Source: Candidatus Latescibacterota bacterium (GTDB taxonomy: Bacteria > Latescibacterota > UBA2968 > UBA8231). From it: a stretch of 64,000 nucleotides of DNA. Below are positions 20,974 to 30,719 of the stretch, piece by piece. The stretch is taken from the NCBI GenBank assembly GCA_965248265.1, contig CBDFJF010000001.1, positions 3,008,001 through 3,072,000 on the forward strand, given 5' to 3'. Position numbers and translations under genes: made by a program. The notes under the pieces were generated by a model. The model was not told the DNA's origin. It saw nothing but the letters and a program-made list of their open reading frames with translations, and did no database searches. Positions within the stretch are counted from its first letter, which is position 1; each line of letters starts with the position of its first letter.

Positions 20974-21698
20974 TCCCCGTGCAGCTGTTTTTGCAACCAG
21001 GCCACAACGCCACTGACCATGGGTGCAGTGGCACTGTCGCTAAACACGTGATCGGCTCCCGGCAACTCCAGCAGTTGCACCTCCCCGGGCGCGGCGGCCA
21101 TGATGTCGTGCGTATCCTGCGGCGGAACCACGTCGTCTTCCGTGCCGTGGACGAAAAGCCAGGGCACTGTGATGCGCTCGGCCAGGCCGACGACGGAGTG
21201 GATCTGTGCCATGTCATCCATGTAGGCTTGCGAGAGCGGGCACTCCTCATCCTCCCACATCAGGCCGGCATCCGGAGTCTCCTCGCCAAACTCCCGTTTG
21301 GCAAAGGCCTCCGTGTGCACCATGCCGGCCAAAGACACCAGAAGACGGATGCGCTGATCGCTGCTGGCCCGCAACACCCCAACGGCACCCCCCATGCTGT
21401 GGCCGATGTAGCAGACGAAGCGCCCGCCCACGGCATCCAGGACCGCACCGAGGTCGTCGACTTCCTTGCTGATGGTGGCATCCTGAAACCGGCCTCCGGA
21501 GTCGCCGTTGCCGGCGAAGGAGAACCTGATTGTTCCGATGCCCGTCGCGCAGAGGCCTTCGGCCAGCGCCACGACGAAAGGGCGATCCTTGTTGCCGGTA
21601 ACGCCATGGCCGAGGATGGCCAGCCCGTCATCGTCCCGGCCGGGATGAAAGGTGTAATCGAGCCGCTCTCCCTGCCGGTTGAGGATCTCGCCGAACAT
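20970..21698 (-). CDS. Alpha/beta hydrolase
   Basis: HGVTGNKD, FSFAGNGDS.G, GHSMGG, HGTEDDVV, GADH. Confidence 0.88.
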   Translation of the reverse strand: MFGEILNRQGERLDYTFHPGRDDDGLAILGHGVTGNKDRPFVVALAEGLCATGIGTIRFSFAGNGDSGGRFQDATISKEVDDLGAVLDAVGGRFVCYIGHSMGGAVGVLRASSDQRIRLLVSLAGMVHTEAFAKREFGEETPDAGLMWEDEECPLSQAYMDDMAQIHSVVGLAERITVPWLFVHGTEDDVVPPQDTHDIMAAAPGEVQLLELPGADHVFSDSATAPMVSGVVAWLQKQLHGE

Positions 21699-21752
21699 TA
21701 ACAATCAGCTCCTGTTGATGATGATCGGGCCGCAGTTTCGGAACATGCTGTC

Positions 21753-22787
21753 TCAGCCGCTGTTGACGACGAGATCGCGATCTTCTGCTGCCAGAGGAAG
21801 GTCAACGAACCTTCCATTGCGACCGTGAGAGGCGTGGACGGCGGCGATGATCTCCAAGGTATGCACGGAGAGTTCGGCATCGTAGGAAAACGGCGCACCG
21901 TCGAGCGCTTCGACGATCTCAGTGACGGCGCGGTCCATCGGCAACTCGTCGATGCTGGGCCAGTGCTCGTGACCGCCATCGACCAGGTCCAGGTGGACGC
22001 CATCGGTGTCAACTCGAGCGATTCCCTCGATCCCATTGACCTGAATGGCGGGGGGCAGGCTGGCGTAGTCGGCGGCGTCGAAGGTGACCATGACGCCCTC
22101 TTCGAGCCGAATCATACCCCAACCTCCCGGATCCTGGAACGCCGGCCCTCGGCAGTCGGGTTTACCTGAAAGGTCGAGGTAACCAGACACCGCTTGGGCC
22201 CGTCGTGAGGTCAGCATGAGGATGGCGTCGAACATGTGGGTGCCGACATTGCCAAGACGGCCGGCACTCCACTGAGCAGACACCGAAGACAGGGCGCCAA
22301 GGCCTCCCTCACCGATGTAGTCTCGCAACCGGCGGTGATTGAGCTCGAAGCGCCGGTTGTGGTTAATGGCCAGCAGAACATCCTGTTGCCTGCAGACCTC
22401 GAGCATGCGGGCTGCGTCATTGACCGTCTGGGCGATCGGCTTCTCGCAGTAGATGGCACGCACACCCGCATCCACGCAACCGAGCACTACTTCGGCATGG
22501 ACGTCGGCGTAGGTGGCGACGCTGACGATATCGAGTTGTTGATCGAGCATTCGAGCCCAGTCGTCGAACACCGCTGCTTCCGTGCGTTGGGCAAAGCGCT
22601 CGCGCCGGCCAGAGTCGCGACTGCTGCCGGCAACCAGGTCGACGCGCGGATGATTGGACAGCGCTCCTAGATGGGTGCCACCCAGGTGTTCGACTCGCTG
22701 GCCGAGGGCATCACCGGAAACCTGGTCGGCACCGCCGATGAAGCCCAGCCCTATGATTCCAGCTCGATAGCGGTTGCTCTCAGCCAT
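21753..22787 (-). CDS. Gfo/Idh/MocA family oxidoreductase
   Basis: GIIGLGFIG, IYCEKP, NHNRRF, GTHMFD. Confidence 0.9.
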   Translation of the reverse strand: MAESNRYRAGIIGLGFIGGADQVSGDALGQRVEHLGGTHLGALSNHPRVDLVAGSSRDSGRRERFAQRTEAAVFDDWARMLDQQLDIVSVATYADVHAEVVLGCVDAGVRAIYCEKPIAQTVNDAARMLEVCRQQDVLLAINHNRRFELNHRRLRDYIGEGGLGALSSVSAQWSAGRLGNVGTHMFDAILMLTSRRAQAVSGYLDLSGKPDCRGPAFQDPGGWGMIRLEEGVMVTFDAADYASLPPAIQVNGIEGIARVDTDGVHLDLVDGGHEHWPSIDELPMDRAVTEIVEALDGAPFSYDAELSVHTLEIIAAVHASHGRNGRFVDLPLAAEDRDLVVNSG

Positions 22788-22902
22788 GCGTATGGCCCTC
22801 CCGTGCCAAGCCTATTCTCCAGTTCGCCTTGCACCACAGAAGCAAGTGTGCAAGCCAGCAATACGGGCACATCGGAGGCGTGTAAATCTGCACTTTGGCC
22901 AC
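22780..22902 (-). pseudogene. Truncated glutaredoxin (GrxC-like) N-terminal fragment
   Basis: GTG 22902 gives VAKVQIYTPPMCPYCWLAHLLLWCK, then unrelated sequence; the ..VP.I..G..IGG half is absent. Confidence 0.6.
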
Positions 22903-23441
22903 GCAGTCACAGTGTTGCCCCGCGGATGAATGAACTCGAAGATGAGCTAGAATACGACATAATTTCACTCCGACCAACGAATTCGAAGTCGAACGGCGAG
23001 CGCAGACAATCGGCTCTGGTCGCCAGGTCTGCAGGGAAAGGATTTGCGCGCAGGCCGAACGAATTTCCTCTGTGTCATTGAAGATGCAACAGTGTGTGGG
23101 CAATGGAACACCCCGTTGGGACCGAGATGAATTTTATTAGTCCACAAACCTACTCCCGCCGAGGGATCCAGGGGGAGGAAGCAAAATCGAGGCATCCAGG
23201 AGACTCATCCGCGCTCGAGGAGCATCATTCGTCACCAACCTATAAGTGCCTTGGCAACAGACAGTTGGATTGTAGAAAAATTCAGTCAAAGATCACGAAA
23301 TGAGATATGGCTCACGTTATTTCGCGAGATCCCGATATATCATTATAACAAGGGGGGAGCCGACCTTCGCGGGAACCAGGGCCCGGCTACCCCAGTCTGG
23401 GGAGAGGGAATTACTCAGAGTGCACGCGATCGGGGCCTGAA

Positions 23442-23456
23442 TGGCACGAAATTTGA
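23442..23456 (+). promoter_or_regulatory. Possible sigma54 -24/-12 promoter
   Basis: TGGCACG-AAAT-TTGA against consensus TGGCACG-N4-TTGC (one mismatch at -12), about 45 bp before ATG 23499. Confidence 0.4.
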
Positions 23457-23498
23457 TGTGTTTTTGAAGGACCCGTAGCTGCGAGGAGGGTAGAGGAA

Positions 23499-23735
23499 AT
23501 GGCACACTATAGGTATAAGGATGCCCGGGGGAGCTCTGACGAGATCACCGTCATAGAAGACAAAAGCATGTTCACGAAGGATTCCCAAGGCAACTGGGCG
23601 CCGGGATTCGAGTTCATCGACCGTCAGACGGTCAAAGCCCACCCCTTCATCATCCAGGTTTTGCTCGAGGACGCAGAACGACTCTGGTCCATGGATGAGC
23701 TGCTGGACGAACTGGAGCCGCAGGTTTCTGAGTAG
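23499..23735 (+). CDS. Small acidic hypothetical protein (78 aa)
   Basis: GAGGAGG/AGAGG RBS; protein-like composition; isolated gene. Confidence 0.7.
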   Translation: MAHYRYKDARGSSDEITVIEDKSMFTKDSQGNWAPGFEFIDRQTVKAHPFIIQVLLEDAERLWSMDELLDELEPQVSE

Positions 23736-23850
23736 CTCGGACAAGCCACCTGTTCCCTGATGTCCCGAGGCGCTCGCGACTACCCAGTCCGCCTCAATAT
23801 TTGCTAGCAATATTTACTACTGCGGGCATTTCTGGCTAACCTTTACAGCT

Positions 23851-25989
23851 CTATGGATTCGATCCGTCTGGTCTGAGCGGTAGCCGCACGATCACGGTCG
23901 TACCCTGGCCAACCTCGCTGCGAATCTGGATTTCACCTCCGTGTTCGTGCACGATGCCGTGGGCTGTCGGCAAGCCAAACCCCATCTTTACCGTCTCGGC
24001 ACCGCGAGCGAACCCGAAGTCGAGTATGCGCTCCAGCCGTTCCTGAGGAATCCCTCTTCCCGAGTCGGCGAATGCCACTATAACCTCGCTGCCCTCCTGC
24101 TGGCTCGAAATAGCAATTTGACCGACTCCGTCGATCGCTGCGATAGCGTTTCTCAGCAAGCTCATGAACACCTGGTTGAGCTTGGCCGGGGAGCAATAGA
24201 GTCGGGGCAGGTTTCCGTAATCCCTGACCACCGTGATCGTCCCCCCAAACTGAGGTCGCAACAGCGTCAGCGCGCTGTCAATCCCCTCGTGCAGGTCGAC
24301 GAGCTGGTATTCTGCTTCATCCAGGCGCGCGAAATTGCGCAGGCTCTGCACCAGGGCAGCGATACGGCTGACGCCATCGGCGACCACACGCTCTGACTGA
24401 GCGATGACCGCGAGGGCCGATTCCAGCGACCGCCGCTCTCCGTCTGAGGTTTCCGACGTTTGGAAGGCAGTCCGCAGGCGTTCCAGTGCCCGGGCCATCG
24501 TGTCCCGCATGCTGTTAATGGCGCCAATCGGAGTATTGATCTCGTGCGCGAGACCGGCAACCAGATTGCCCAGGGATGCCATCTTGGCCTGGGTAATCAT
24601 CTCGTTCTGTGTCTCTCTCAGCTGCGTCAACACCTGCTCAAGCTGCTGATTCTTGTCACTCAGTTCCGTCGTTCGCTCCTCCACCCGTTTTTCCAACGTG
24701 TGGCTGTACTCGGTGAGTTCATCCGTCAGTTCCTCGACTTGTGCCAGTTGAGCCTGCAGGTTGCGGCTGGTACTGCCGGATTGACGCGCCAGGAACACAG
24801 ACATGGAGACGAGAAGGGCCAGAACTCCGTACACGTACACGTCGTTGCCCAGCAGCAGCGGCTCTACAACCTCGAGCATGCCCAGAAGCTGGTAGGTGCA
24901 GGCAAACACGAATAACAATCCACCTGCGCCGATAATCCATGCCCCTTCTCGCTTGCGGTAAAGGGCAAGCAATATGACACGCAGGCCTTCGGCCAGACAG
25001 ACAAGGCCGTAGATGTTGACGAGGAGCATCGGTGCCAGCGCGAAGGACAATGCCAACGGGACTCCAACCACGGCGAAGGCGTATAGGGTTTTCGGGATGT
25101 GATCATGAAACACTGAGTAGATGAACAAGAGACTGAAAAAACTCGTGCCCACGATCCCCAAGTGGACCATGTGGTTGTTGGCGATCACATCCAGCCGATC
25201 GTGCACAAAGTCGTGACGAAAGGCGGCGAAGTTGAGCAAGGTCAGCGCCAGGGTGAGAAGGAAGTAGTAGAGGTTCTGTCTGGATGCCGGATAAAACAGG
25301 AACAGCAGCAGGTGCAGGAGAGCGAACGCGGCAGGGATGGTCGTAAACACCGTTTGCTCGGTGGCGGCACGCCGGATGCCGGCCGCCAGCGTTTGTTCGC
25401 TGTCCGAACGGGGCGTCAACGCCATCTCAAATCCCAACATGCCGCCGTACTGGTGTAGCTGCTCGATCTCGTGGTCTGAGTAACGAACCGCGATCACGCT
25501 CACGGACTCGGAGGGCAACTCGAGTGGGAAGGCAGCAATGTCGGTGACGTGATAGGTGTCCTCCTCATCGGCTCCGGTGGCGCTAACCGTGCCGAATCCA
25601 TTCACCAGGGAACCGTTGACGTAGATCTGCGAGGCTCCCAGGTGATGGAAGTAGTAGCTTAGGGCTTGACCTGAAAGCGTCGAATCAGGGCGGAGGTGCA
25701 GACGGAACCAGCCGATGCCAGCCCAATCGGCAACAGCTGGATCGTCGGGTTTTACGAAGGATTCGATCGGAAGCCAGTCTGAGTCGTCGATTTGGGGATA
25801 TGCCCACGAAGGGTCGTCGCCAGCTCGGTAAAGCCAGCCAGCCTTCAGGGAAATGACGCCGAGCGGCGGGTTTGCCAGATCCCGGATCGAGATCTCCAGC
25901 GGTTCACCCGCTATGGCCGGCTCGGGTGCCGCGAGCGTGGCCGTGACGATGAAGATCGCCAGGAGTGATGGTGATGGTCGCGTCAGCAT
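23851..25989 (-). CDS. Sensor histidine kinase (extracellular jelly-roll-like sensor + 7TM + HisKA/HATPase)
   Basis: W.YRAGDD..W....DDSDW..GIGWFR sensor, about 7 TM, LAHEINTPIG, LNQVFMSLLRNA, DSGRGI, GFGL, GQGTT; ATG 25989 inferred. Confidence 0.88.
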   Translation of the reverse strand: MLTRPSPSLLAIFIVTATLAAPEPAIAGEPLEISIRDLANPPLGVISLKAGWLYRAGDDPSWAYPQIDDSDWLPIESFVKPDDPAVADWAGIGWFRLHLRPDSTLSGQALSYYFHHLGASQIYVNGSLVNGFGTVSATGADEEDTYHVTDIAAFPLELPSESVSVIAVRYSDHEIEQLHQYGGMLGFEMALTPRSDSEQTLAAGIRRAATEQTVFTTIPAAFALLHLLLFLFYPASRQNLYYFLLTLALTLLNFAAFRHDFVHDRLDVIANNHMVHLGIVGTSFFSLLFIYSVFHDHIPKTLYAFAVVGVPLALSFALAPMLLVNIYGLVCLAEGLRVILLALYRKREGAWIIGAGGLLFVFACTYQLLGMLEVVEPLLLGNDVYVYGVLALLVSMSVFLARQSGSTSRNLQAQLAQVEELTDELTEYSHTLEKRVEERTTELSDKNQQLEQVLTQLRETQNEMITQAKMASLGNLVAGLAHEINTPIGAINSMRDTMARALERLRTAFQTSETSDGERRSLESALAVIAQSERVVADGVSRIAALVQSLRNFARLDEAEYQLVDLHEGIDSALTLLRPQFGGTITVVRDYGNLPRLYCSPAKLNQVFMSLLRNAIAAIDGVGQIAISSQQEGSEVIVAFADSGRGIPQERLERILDFGFARGAETVKMGFGLPTAHGIVHEHGGEIQIRSEVGQGTTVIVRLPLRPDGSNP

Positions 25990-26069
25990 TCCGCCCGGCG
26001 CCTTCACAACATCCGACGCATGGTCTCCAGGATGTAGTCGGTCGTCGACGAGCAATCGTCGACCGGCCT

Positions 26070-27827
26070 CTATCGCGTGTTCTGCAGCAGGCGGTTGACC
26101 ATCTCCACGATGGTGTTGCGCATCAGGATGCTGAAGGTGAGCCAATCATCCATCGGAACCTTCGTCCATTCGACGATATCGAGGACTTCCGGGTTCTGGG
26201 CCATCAGCGCTTCCGAATACTCGGTGCCCGTGTTCTGAGCAGCCGCACTGGCGGCGTTGACGAAGGCATCCAGCGACTCGCTGCGGTACTCTCCGGTGTC
26301 CAGCTCGTGCTGGCTCAGCTCAATCTCGTTCTCTTCGAGCTCAAAGGCGGACAGGTGCTGGCGCAGCAAATCAGGCAAGGGGTTGTTGAGCGGGTACTCG
26401 TCAGACGCCGGATAGAGGTGGGTTGAGCGGTAGTCCTCAGGTATGCTGATGAGACGGGGAAACGGATGCATGCCCTTGATCAGGCAGTTGGAGAGTGAGA
26501 TCAGAACGCTTTCAGGCAGGCTGAATTCCTCGATGCGATGGTGATCGCGGATCGGATCGATGAGCTTGGGGAAGATCTCCCAACGACTCAGCAGCGCGCC
26601 ACTGGTGAGTGGATGCTGCAGGTCACCGACAACGGCTGTTTCGCACTCCAGAAGCCGGTTGCGCCACTTGCTGCGTTCGATTTCGTAGAGAATGAGCGGA
26701 TAGGTGTCTTTATAGCAGACGGTATTCAAGATCTTACCGACATCGTGCAGGATTCCGGCGGTGAAGCTGTCGAAGTCGGGGTCGAGATCGAAGAGAGACC
26801 AGTACTTGAAGTGTTTGAGGGTGTCGATGATGAATGGCGGCAGGTCCAAGCTCTTGATGATCTCGCACTCTTTCTGCGAGGGCTCATCGAGGTTGAGACT
26901 CAGAATCTGAGCCATGTACCCGACGCTGACACTGTGCGCGAAGAAGTCTTTTGTGACGAACCCGGCCTGGTCCACCTTGCGGGCAAGATCACTCATGGCC
27001 TTGCTGGTGAGGATCTTGCGCGTTTCCTGCATGCCGATCATGGCCAGGGCATTGGGCAGGGTCTCAATCCGCTGCCGGGTTCCGTAACGCGCCAGGTTCG
27101 AGGTGCGGATGATGGAAGCCTGCAGAGCGCCGTCCGGTTCGATGATCTTGGCGACCACCGTATGGGACTTGTCGGCATCGATGGCCTGAATGGCCTTGCG
27201 ACACACGTGGGGGAACCCGGGCAGCAGGTCCATGGTCGCATGGTCTTTGGCCAGCACCTCGGTTACTTCTTCACCGCTGAGCATCTTGCCATGGGCGGCG
27301 ATGTCGTCCTCCGACATGCCCGTTTTGCGCTCGATCAGAGGTTTTAGGTCCTTGGTGAAAAAGCCAGCCCAAAAAGCTCCGGTTGCATCCTGATCAGCGG
27401 AGGACTGGTAGCCCCTCACGTTCAGATGCTGGCTCATCTCCTGCAGTCGTTCCCACGAGAACAGAGCGTTTTTCTGGTCGTGACAGACGACGACATACCG
27501 GTCTCTTCCAGAGGAAGCCCACAAGCGGATGGTGGCTTCGCTCAACCACGGAAAATTGGGTCCGAAGATGATGACGCAGGTCGCATGCGAGAGGTCCCAC
27601 AGCTTACGGGGTATCTCCGACGTGCGATCGATCATGACCAGGCGGATTTCCGTACTGAGACTGGCCTCCGAAAACAGCCGATTGAGCTCTTTCTGGGCCG
27701 AGTATATCGTGCGGAAATGACGATATTCCTCCGCCGTACGCAGCAGCTGCGTATTCTTGGGGATGGGCTCACCCAAGATGGCGTAGAAGATGTCGGAGGA
27801 ATCCGCTGTCGGCAGAGTCTGGGTCAT
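26070..27827 (-). CDS. HDOD-domain protein
   Basis: LPGFPHV, IEPDGALQASIIR..N..Y, FFAHSV, FTAGILHDVGK, HPLTSGALLSRW, IRDHH. Confidence 0.85.
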   Translation of the reverse strand: MTQTLPTADSSDIFYAILGEPIPKNTQLLRTAEEYRHFRTIYSAQKELNRLFSEASLSTEIRLVMIDRTSEIPRKLWDLSHATCVIIFGPNFPWLSEATIRLWASSGRDRYVVVCHDQKNALFSWERLQEMSQHLNVRGYQSSADQDATGAFWAGFFTKDLKPLIERKTGMSEDDIAAHGKMLSGEEVTEVLAKDHATMDLLPGFPHVCRKAIQAIDADKSHTVVAKIIEPDGALQASIIRTSNLARYGTRQRIETLPNALAMIGMQETRKILTSKAMSDLARKVDQAGFVTKDFFAHSVSVGYMAQILSLNLDEPSQKECEIIKSLDLPPFIIDTLKHFKYWSLFDLDPDFDSFTAGILHDVGKILNTVCYKDTYPLILYEIERSKWRNRLLECETAVVGDLQHPLTSGALLSRWEIFPKLIDPIRDHHRIEEFSLPESVLISLSNCLIKGMHPFPRLISIPEDYRSTHLYPASDEYPLNNPLPDLLRQHLSAFELEENEIELSQHELDTGEYRSESLDAFVNAASAAAQNTGTEYSEALMAQNPEVLDIVEWTKVPMDDWLTFSILMRNTIVEMVNRLLQNTR

Positions 27828-27945
27828 ATCGGTCGAGCCATCTGCTTTCGGCCCGCAGCATGAGAATTGGAGAGCAGCTTAATATTCTCATCGGCGGGGC
27901 CGTTGTCAAAGTAGTCCTTTGAGACACCAACCACGAGGCGTGCAC

Positions 27946-28533
27946 GTGGAGGAGCAACAGGCGATCAAACTCAAGTGGGACGCGCGTTACGCGGCCGAGG
28001 AGTTCGAAGAGATTCCGGAACCGGTACCTTTCGTGAGAGAGGTCTCGGAGGGTCTTCGACCATGCCGGGCGTTGTGCCTTGCCGCCGGCAGCGGGCGCAA
28101 CGCCGTCTTCCTGGCGCAACAGGGCTTCCAGGTGACGGCCATCGACATCTCTCCGGTCGGACTGGATCGTTGCCGTGCGCTGGCTCGAAGTCGCGGAGTG
28201 GAGGTGGAACTGATCGAGGCAGACTTGCTCACCTATCCGTTCCCCGACCAGTTTGGCCTGTTGACGATGGTCTATTACAACGAACCCAGTCTGTTCCCCA
28301 AACTGCAGCATGCTGTCAGACCTGGAGGCTGCTTCCTTTTTCAGACATTCTCCATCCATCACGCGAAGCAGGACTGGGGTCCCAGCAATCCCGCTTTCCT
28401 GGCAGATCCAAAGGCAGTTCTGGAAGCCTTCCAACAACACTGGCGTATTCGCCGATTCGAGGATGGCGATTTTCCAGTCGCCGGAGCTGACACGCGAACA
28501 GAGTCCATCGTGCGACTGGTGGCTCAAAAATGA
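27946..28533 (+). CDS. Class I SAM-dependent methyltransferase (TehB-like)
   Basis: KWDARY, ALCLAAGSGRNAVFLA..GFQVTAIDIS; start uncertain (27919-27946). Confidence 0.85.
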   Translation: MEEQQAIKLKWDARYAAEEFEEIPEPVPFVREVSEGLRPCRALCLAAGSGRNAVFLAQQGFQVTAIDISPVGLDRCRALARSRGVEVELIEADLLTYPFPDQFGLLTMVYYNEPSLFPKLQHAVRPGGCFLFQTFSIHHAKQDWGPSNPAFLADPKAVLEAFQQHWRIRRFEDGDFPVAGADTRTESIVRLVAQK

Positions 28534-29741
28534 GGCTCCCTCGACACACTACATCGCGGGGCTCTGCTCTAATCTTTTTGGTGATCTGTCTCGCTGTTCT
28601 CAGCGGGGCGGAATCGAGGTCACGGCAAAGTGCAGGATTCGTCGCCGGTAGTATCCGCGGGCGCACGGATGTCGCTTCAGAGGCCGGCGAACAGGCACGA
28701 CTTTTCCTGCGTCGAGATCTTGGTTCCAAATGGTCTGCCGAAGCTGGCGGAGGCTTTGGTAGACTCAACGGCAGGGCGTTTGCCACCGACATGGGATTGA
28801 TTGACATCAAGCTGCTGTTTGTGCCCCTGCGCTACTCGTCCTGGCAGGCACACACCGGCATCGGAATCGGCATGGTCGCGCACAGCATCGAGCAGGTACC
28901 GACCACGACAACGACCGGATTCGACAGGGAGGGTTTGGGCGTTGCCATCCCCTCGAGTTTGGGGCTGCAATTGCGCTTGCGCGACAGTCTGGCGCTGGAG
29001 TTCGCCGCCGGTTACTCCTACACGCTTCGTGACGATCTCGAAGGTGCTGCAATAGAGAAGGGGAACGACGGTTTTTGGAGTGCCGGCATTGGTCTGGTGA
29101 TCGGAGATTTCGCTCGTCGACCAGCCGTCCACCTCCCCGTTGAGCGGTTTGAACCCACAAACGTGAGGGGAGCGATTGCACCTGCACAAGTCAGTGACCG
29201 AGACGGCGATGGACTGACCGACTATGAAGAGACCCGTCAGTATTTCACCAACCCGGTCATGGCCGACAGCGACGCCGATGGCATTGAAGATCTAGCAGAA
29301 GTGCGGGCAGGCACCGATCCCAACCAGTCAGACGGTCCAAATGGGGCAGCGGCGATGATAACGGAGCAAGAACAACCTGCCTCGGAAGAAGCTCCAGCAA
29401 CAGCCATCGAACTCCCCTTCGAACCGGTGCGTTTTCCGAATGGTGGTTACGCACTGACTCAGGATGCCCAGGCCTATCTACGTCGGGTCGCGGTTCATTT
29501 AGACCGCACCCGTGGTCTCACGTTGCTATTGAGGGGGTACTCAGACAGCGTCGGTAGCGCTCGGTCCAACTGGCGTTTATCAGGACAGCGCTGCAGCGCT
29601 GTCGCCGACTATCTGGTCGGCCAAGGCATCGCACCCAAGCGTCTGATTCTAGAGGCACTCGGTGAGCAGGATCCCACCGCACCCAACACCACGCGACTGG
29701 GTCGAGCGCAGAATCGCCGCGTTGAGCTGATTCCCCGGTAG
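28530..29741 (+). CDS. OmpA-family outer-membrane protein (beta-barrel + TSP3-like Ca-binding repeat + OmpA C domain)
   Basis: Signal peptide, amphipathic strands, DRDGDGLTD.EE...TNP..ADSDADG, GYSDSVG..N..LS..R, GRAQNRRVE. Confidence 0.88.
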   Translation: MRLPRHTTSRGSALIFLVICLAVLSGAESRSRQSAGFVAGSIRGRTDVASEAGEQARLFLRRDLGSKWSAEAGGGFGRLNGRAFATDMGLIDIKLLFVPLRYSSWQAHTGIGIGMVAHSIEQVPTTTTTGFDREGLGVAIPSSLGLQLRLRDSLALEFAAGYSYTLRDDLEGAAIEKGNDGFWSAGIGLVIGDFARRPAVHLPVERFEPTNVRGAIAPAQVSDRDGDGLTDYEETRQYFTNPVMADSDADGIEDLAEVRAGTDPNQSDGPNGAAAMITEQEQPASEEAPATAIELPFEPVRFPNGGYALTQDAQAYLRRVAVHLDRTRGLTLLLRGYSDSVGSARSNWRLSGQRCSAVADYLVGQGIAPKRLILEALGEQDPTAPNTTRLGRAQNRRVELIPR

Positions 29742-29986
29742 AGGTCAAAGTCCACCTTTCTCACCCGGATATATCGCGAGGGTCCCGAAATCTCATGAGG
29801 TTCGGCTCACATAGGATCCAGCAGTGCAGCTTGTGCTATCTGATTAACTTATTGTCCCACAACATGATACGCTGTATGGGCCGGATCGATGCCGCCCTGG
29901 CATGGGATTTGACATGTCTCTTCTCCGAGCACGACGATCTAGTCAGTTATGAGAGGACGACGAGAGGATCAAATAAGGAGAGAGCC

Positions 29987-30595
29987 ATGCCACTCGAGAC
30001 AGAAGCCGCCCTGATATCGCGGGCGAAACACGGGGATCGTCAGGCCATCGGCCAAATCCTCACACAACACCGCACCAGAATACAACGGCTTGCCCATTCG
30101 ATCGTGCGCAATCCGATGAATGCCGAAGAGGTAGTGCAGGATGTGATGATGGCGATCACCAACAAGATTGATCGCTTTCGAGGCGAGGCCAACCTGACAA
30201 CCTGGGTACACCGGATCACGGTCAATGCGGCCCTCATGCACCGGCGCAAGGATCGCTCTTCCAGCGTCGTTTCCCTGGACACGACGTCATCAGACGAGGC
30301 TCTGTACGAGACTCTGTTACCACAGAATCCACCCGTCGACCGAACTCTCAGGAAAGAGTTTTGGACGATCGTCTGGGATGCTGTGGACGCGCTGGACTCG
30401 AAGTACCGAACCGTTTTTGTCCTACGAGAGGTGGATGGACTGTCGACGGAAGAGACGGCACAAGCTCTCGGCCTCAAGGTTCCGGCGGTAAAGTCGAGGT
30501 TGCACCGCGCCCGCGAAGCGCTCAAGGAGCAGCTGGCGTGGTATGTCGACGGCAGTTCCCGCGAACAACAAACCCGGTCAACAGGCACAGCGTGA
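29987..30595 (+). CDS. ECF RNA polymerase sigma factor
   Basis: AEEVVQDV, FRGEANLTTWVHRITVN, VFVLREVDGLSTEETA..L..KVPAVKSRLHRAR; GGAG RBS. Confidence 0.92.
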   Translation: MPLETEAALISRAKHGDRQAIGQILTQHRTRIQRLAHSIVRNPMNAEEVVQDVMMAITNKIDRFRGEANLTTWVHRITVNAALMHRRKDRSSSVVSLDTTSSDEALYETLLPQNPPVDRTLRKEFWTIVWDAVDALDSKYRTVFVLREVDGLSTEETAQALGLKVPAVKSRLHRAREALKEQLAWYVDGSSREQQTRSTGTA

Positions 30596-30719
30596 TCACT
30601 GACGCGCACTGCGCCAGCCAGAATAGGACGAAATCACCCGCGGCCCGGCGCGCGGCAAAATTCCACGCCGCGTGACATACTGACGAGGTCAGTACTAAAA
30701 GAAAAAGCTCAGTACTCAC
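30522..30719 (-). pseudogene. Truncated EamA/DMT-type transporter N-terminal fragment
   Basis: GTG overlaps the cupin stop (GTGA) and gives VSTELFLLVLTSSVCHAAWNFAARRAAGDFVLFW; the frame then runs antisense into the ECF sigma gene. Confidence 0.6.

Noticed and set aside
23350-23485. Assignment to a known riboswitch (c-di-AMP, TPP, c-di-GMP)
   Set aside because: Only fragments match (GGGAACC, ACCCGTAG) and the diagnostic conserved blocks are absent; kept only as an unassigned structure.
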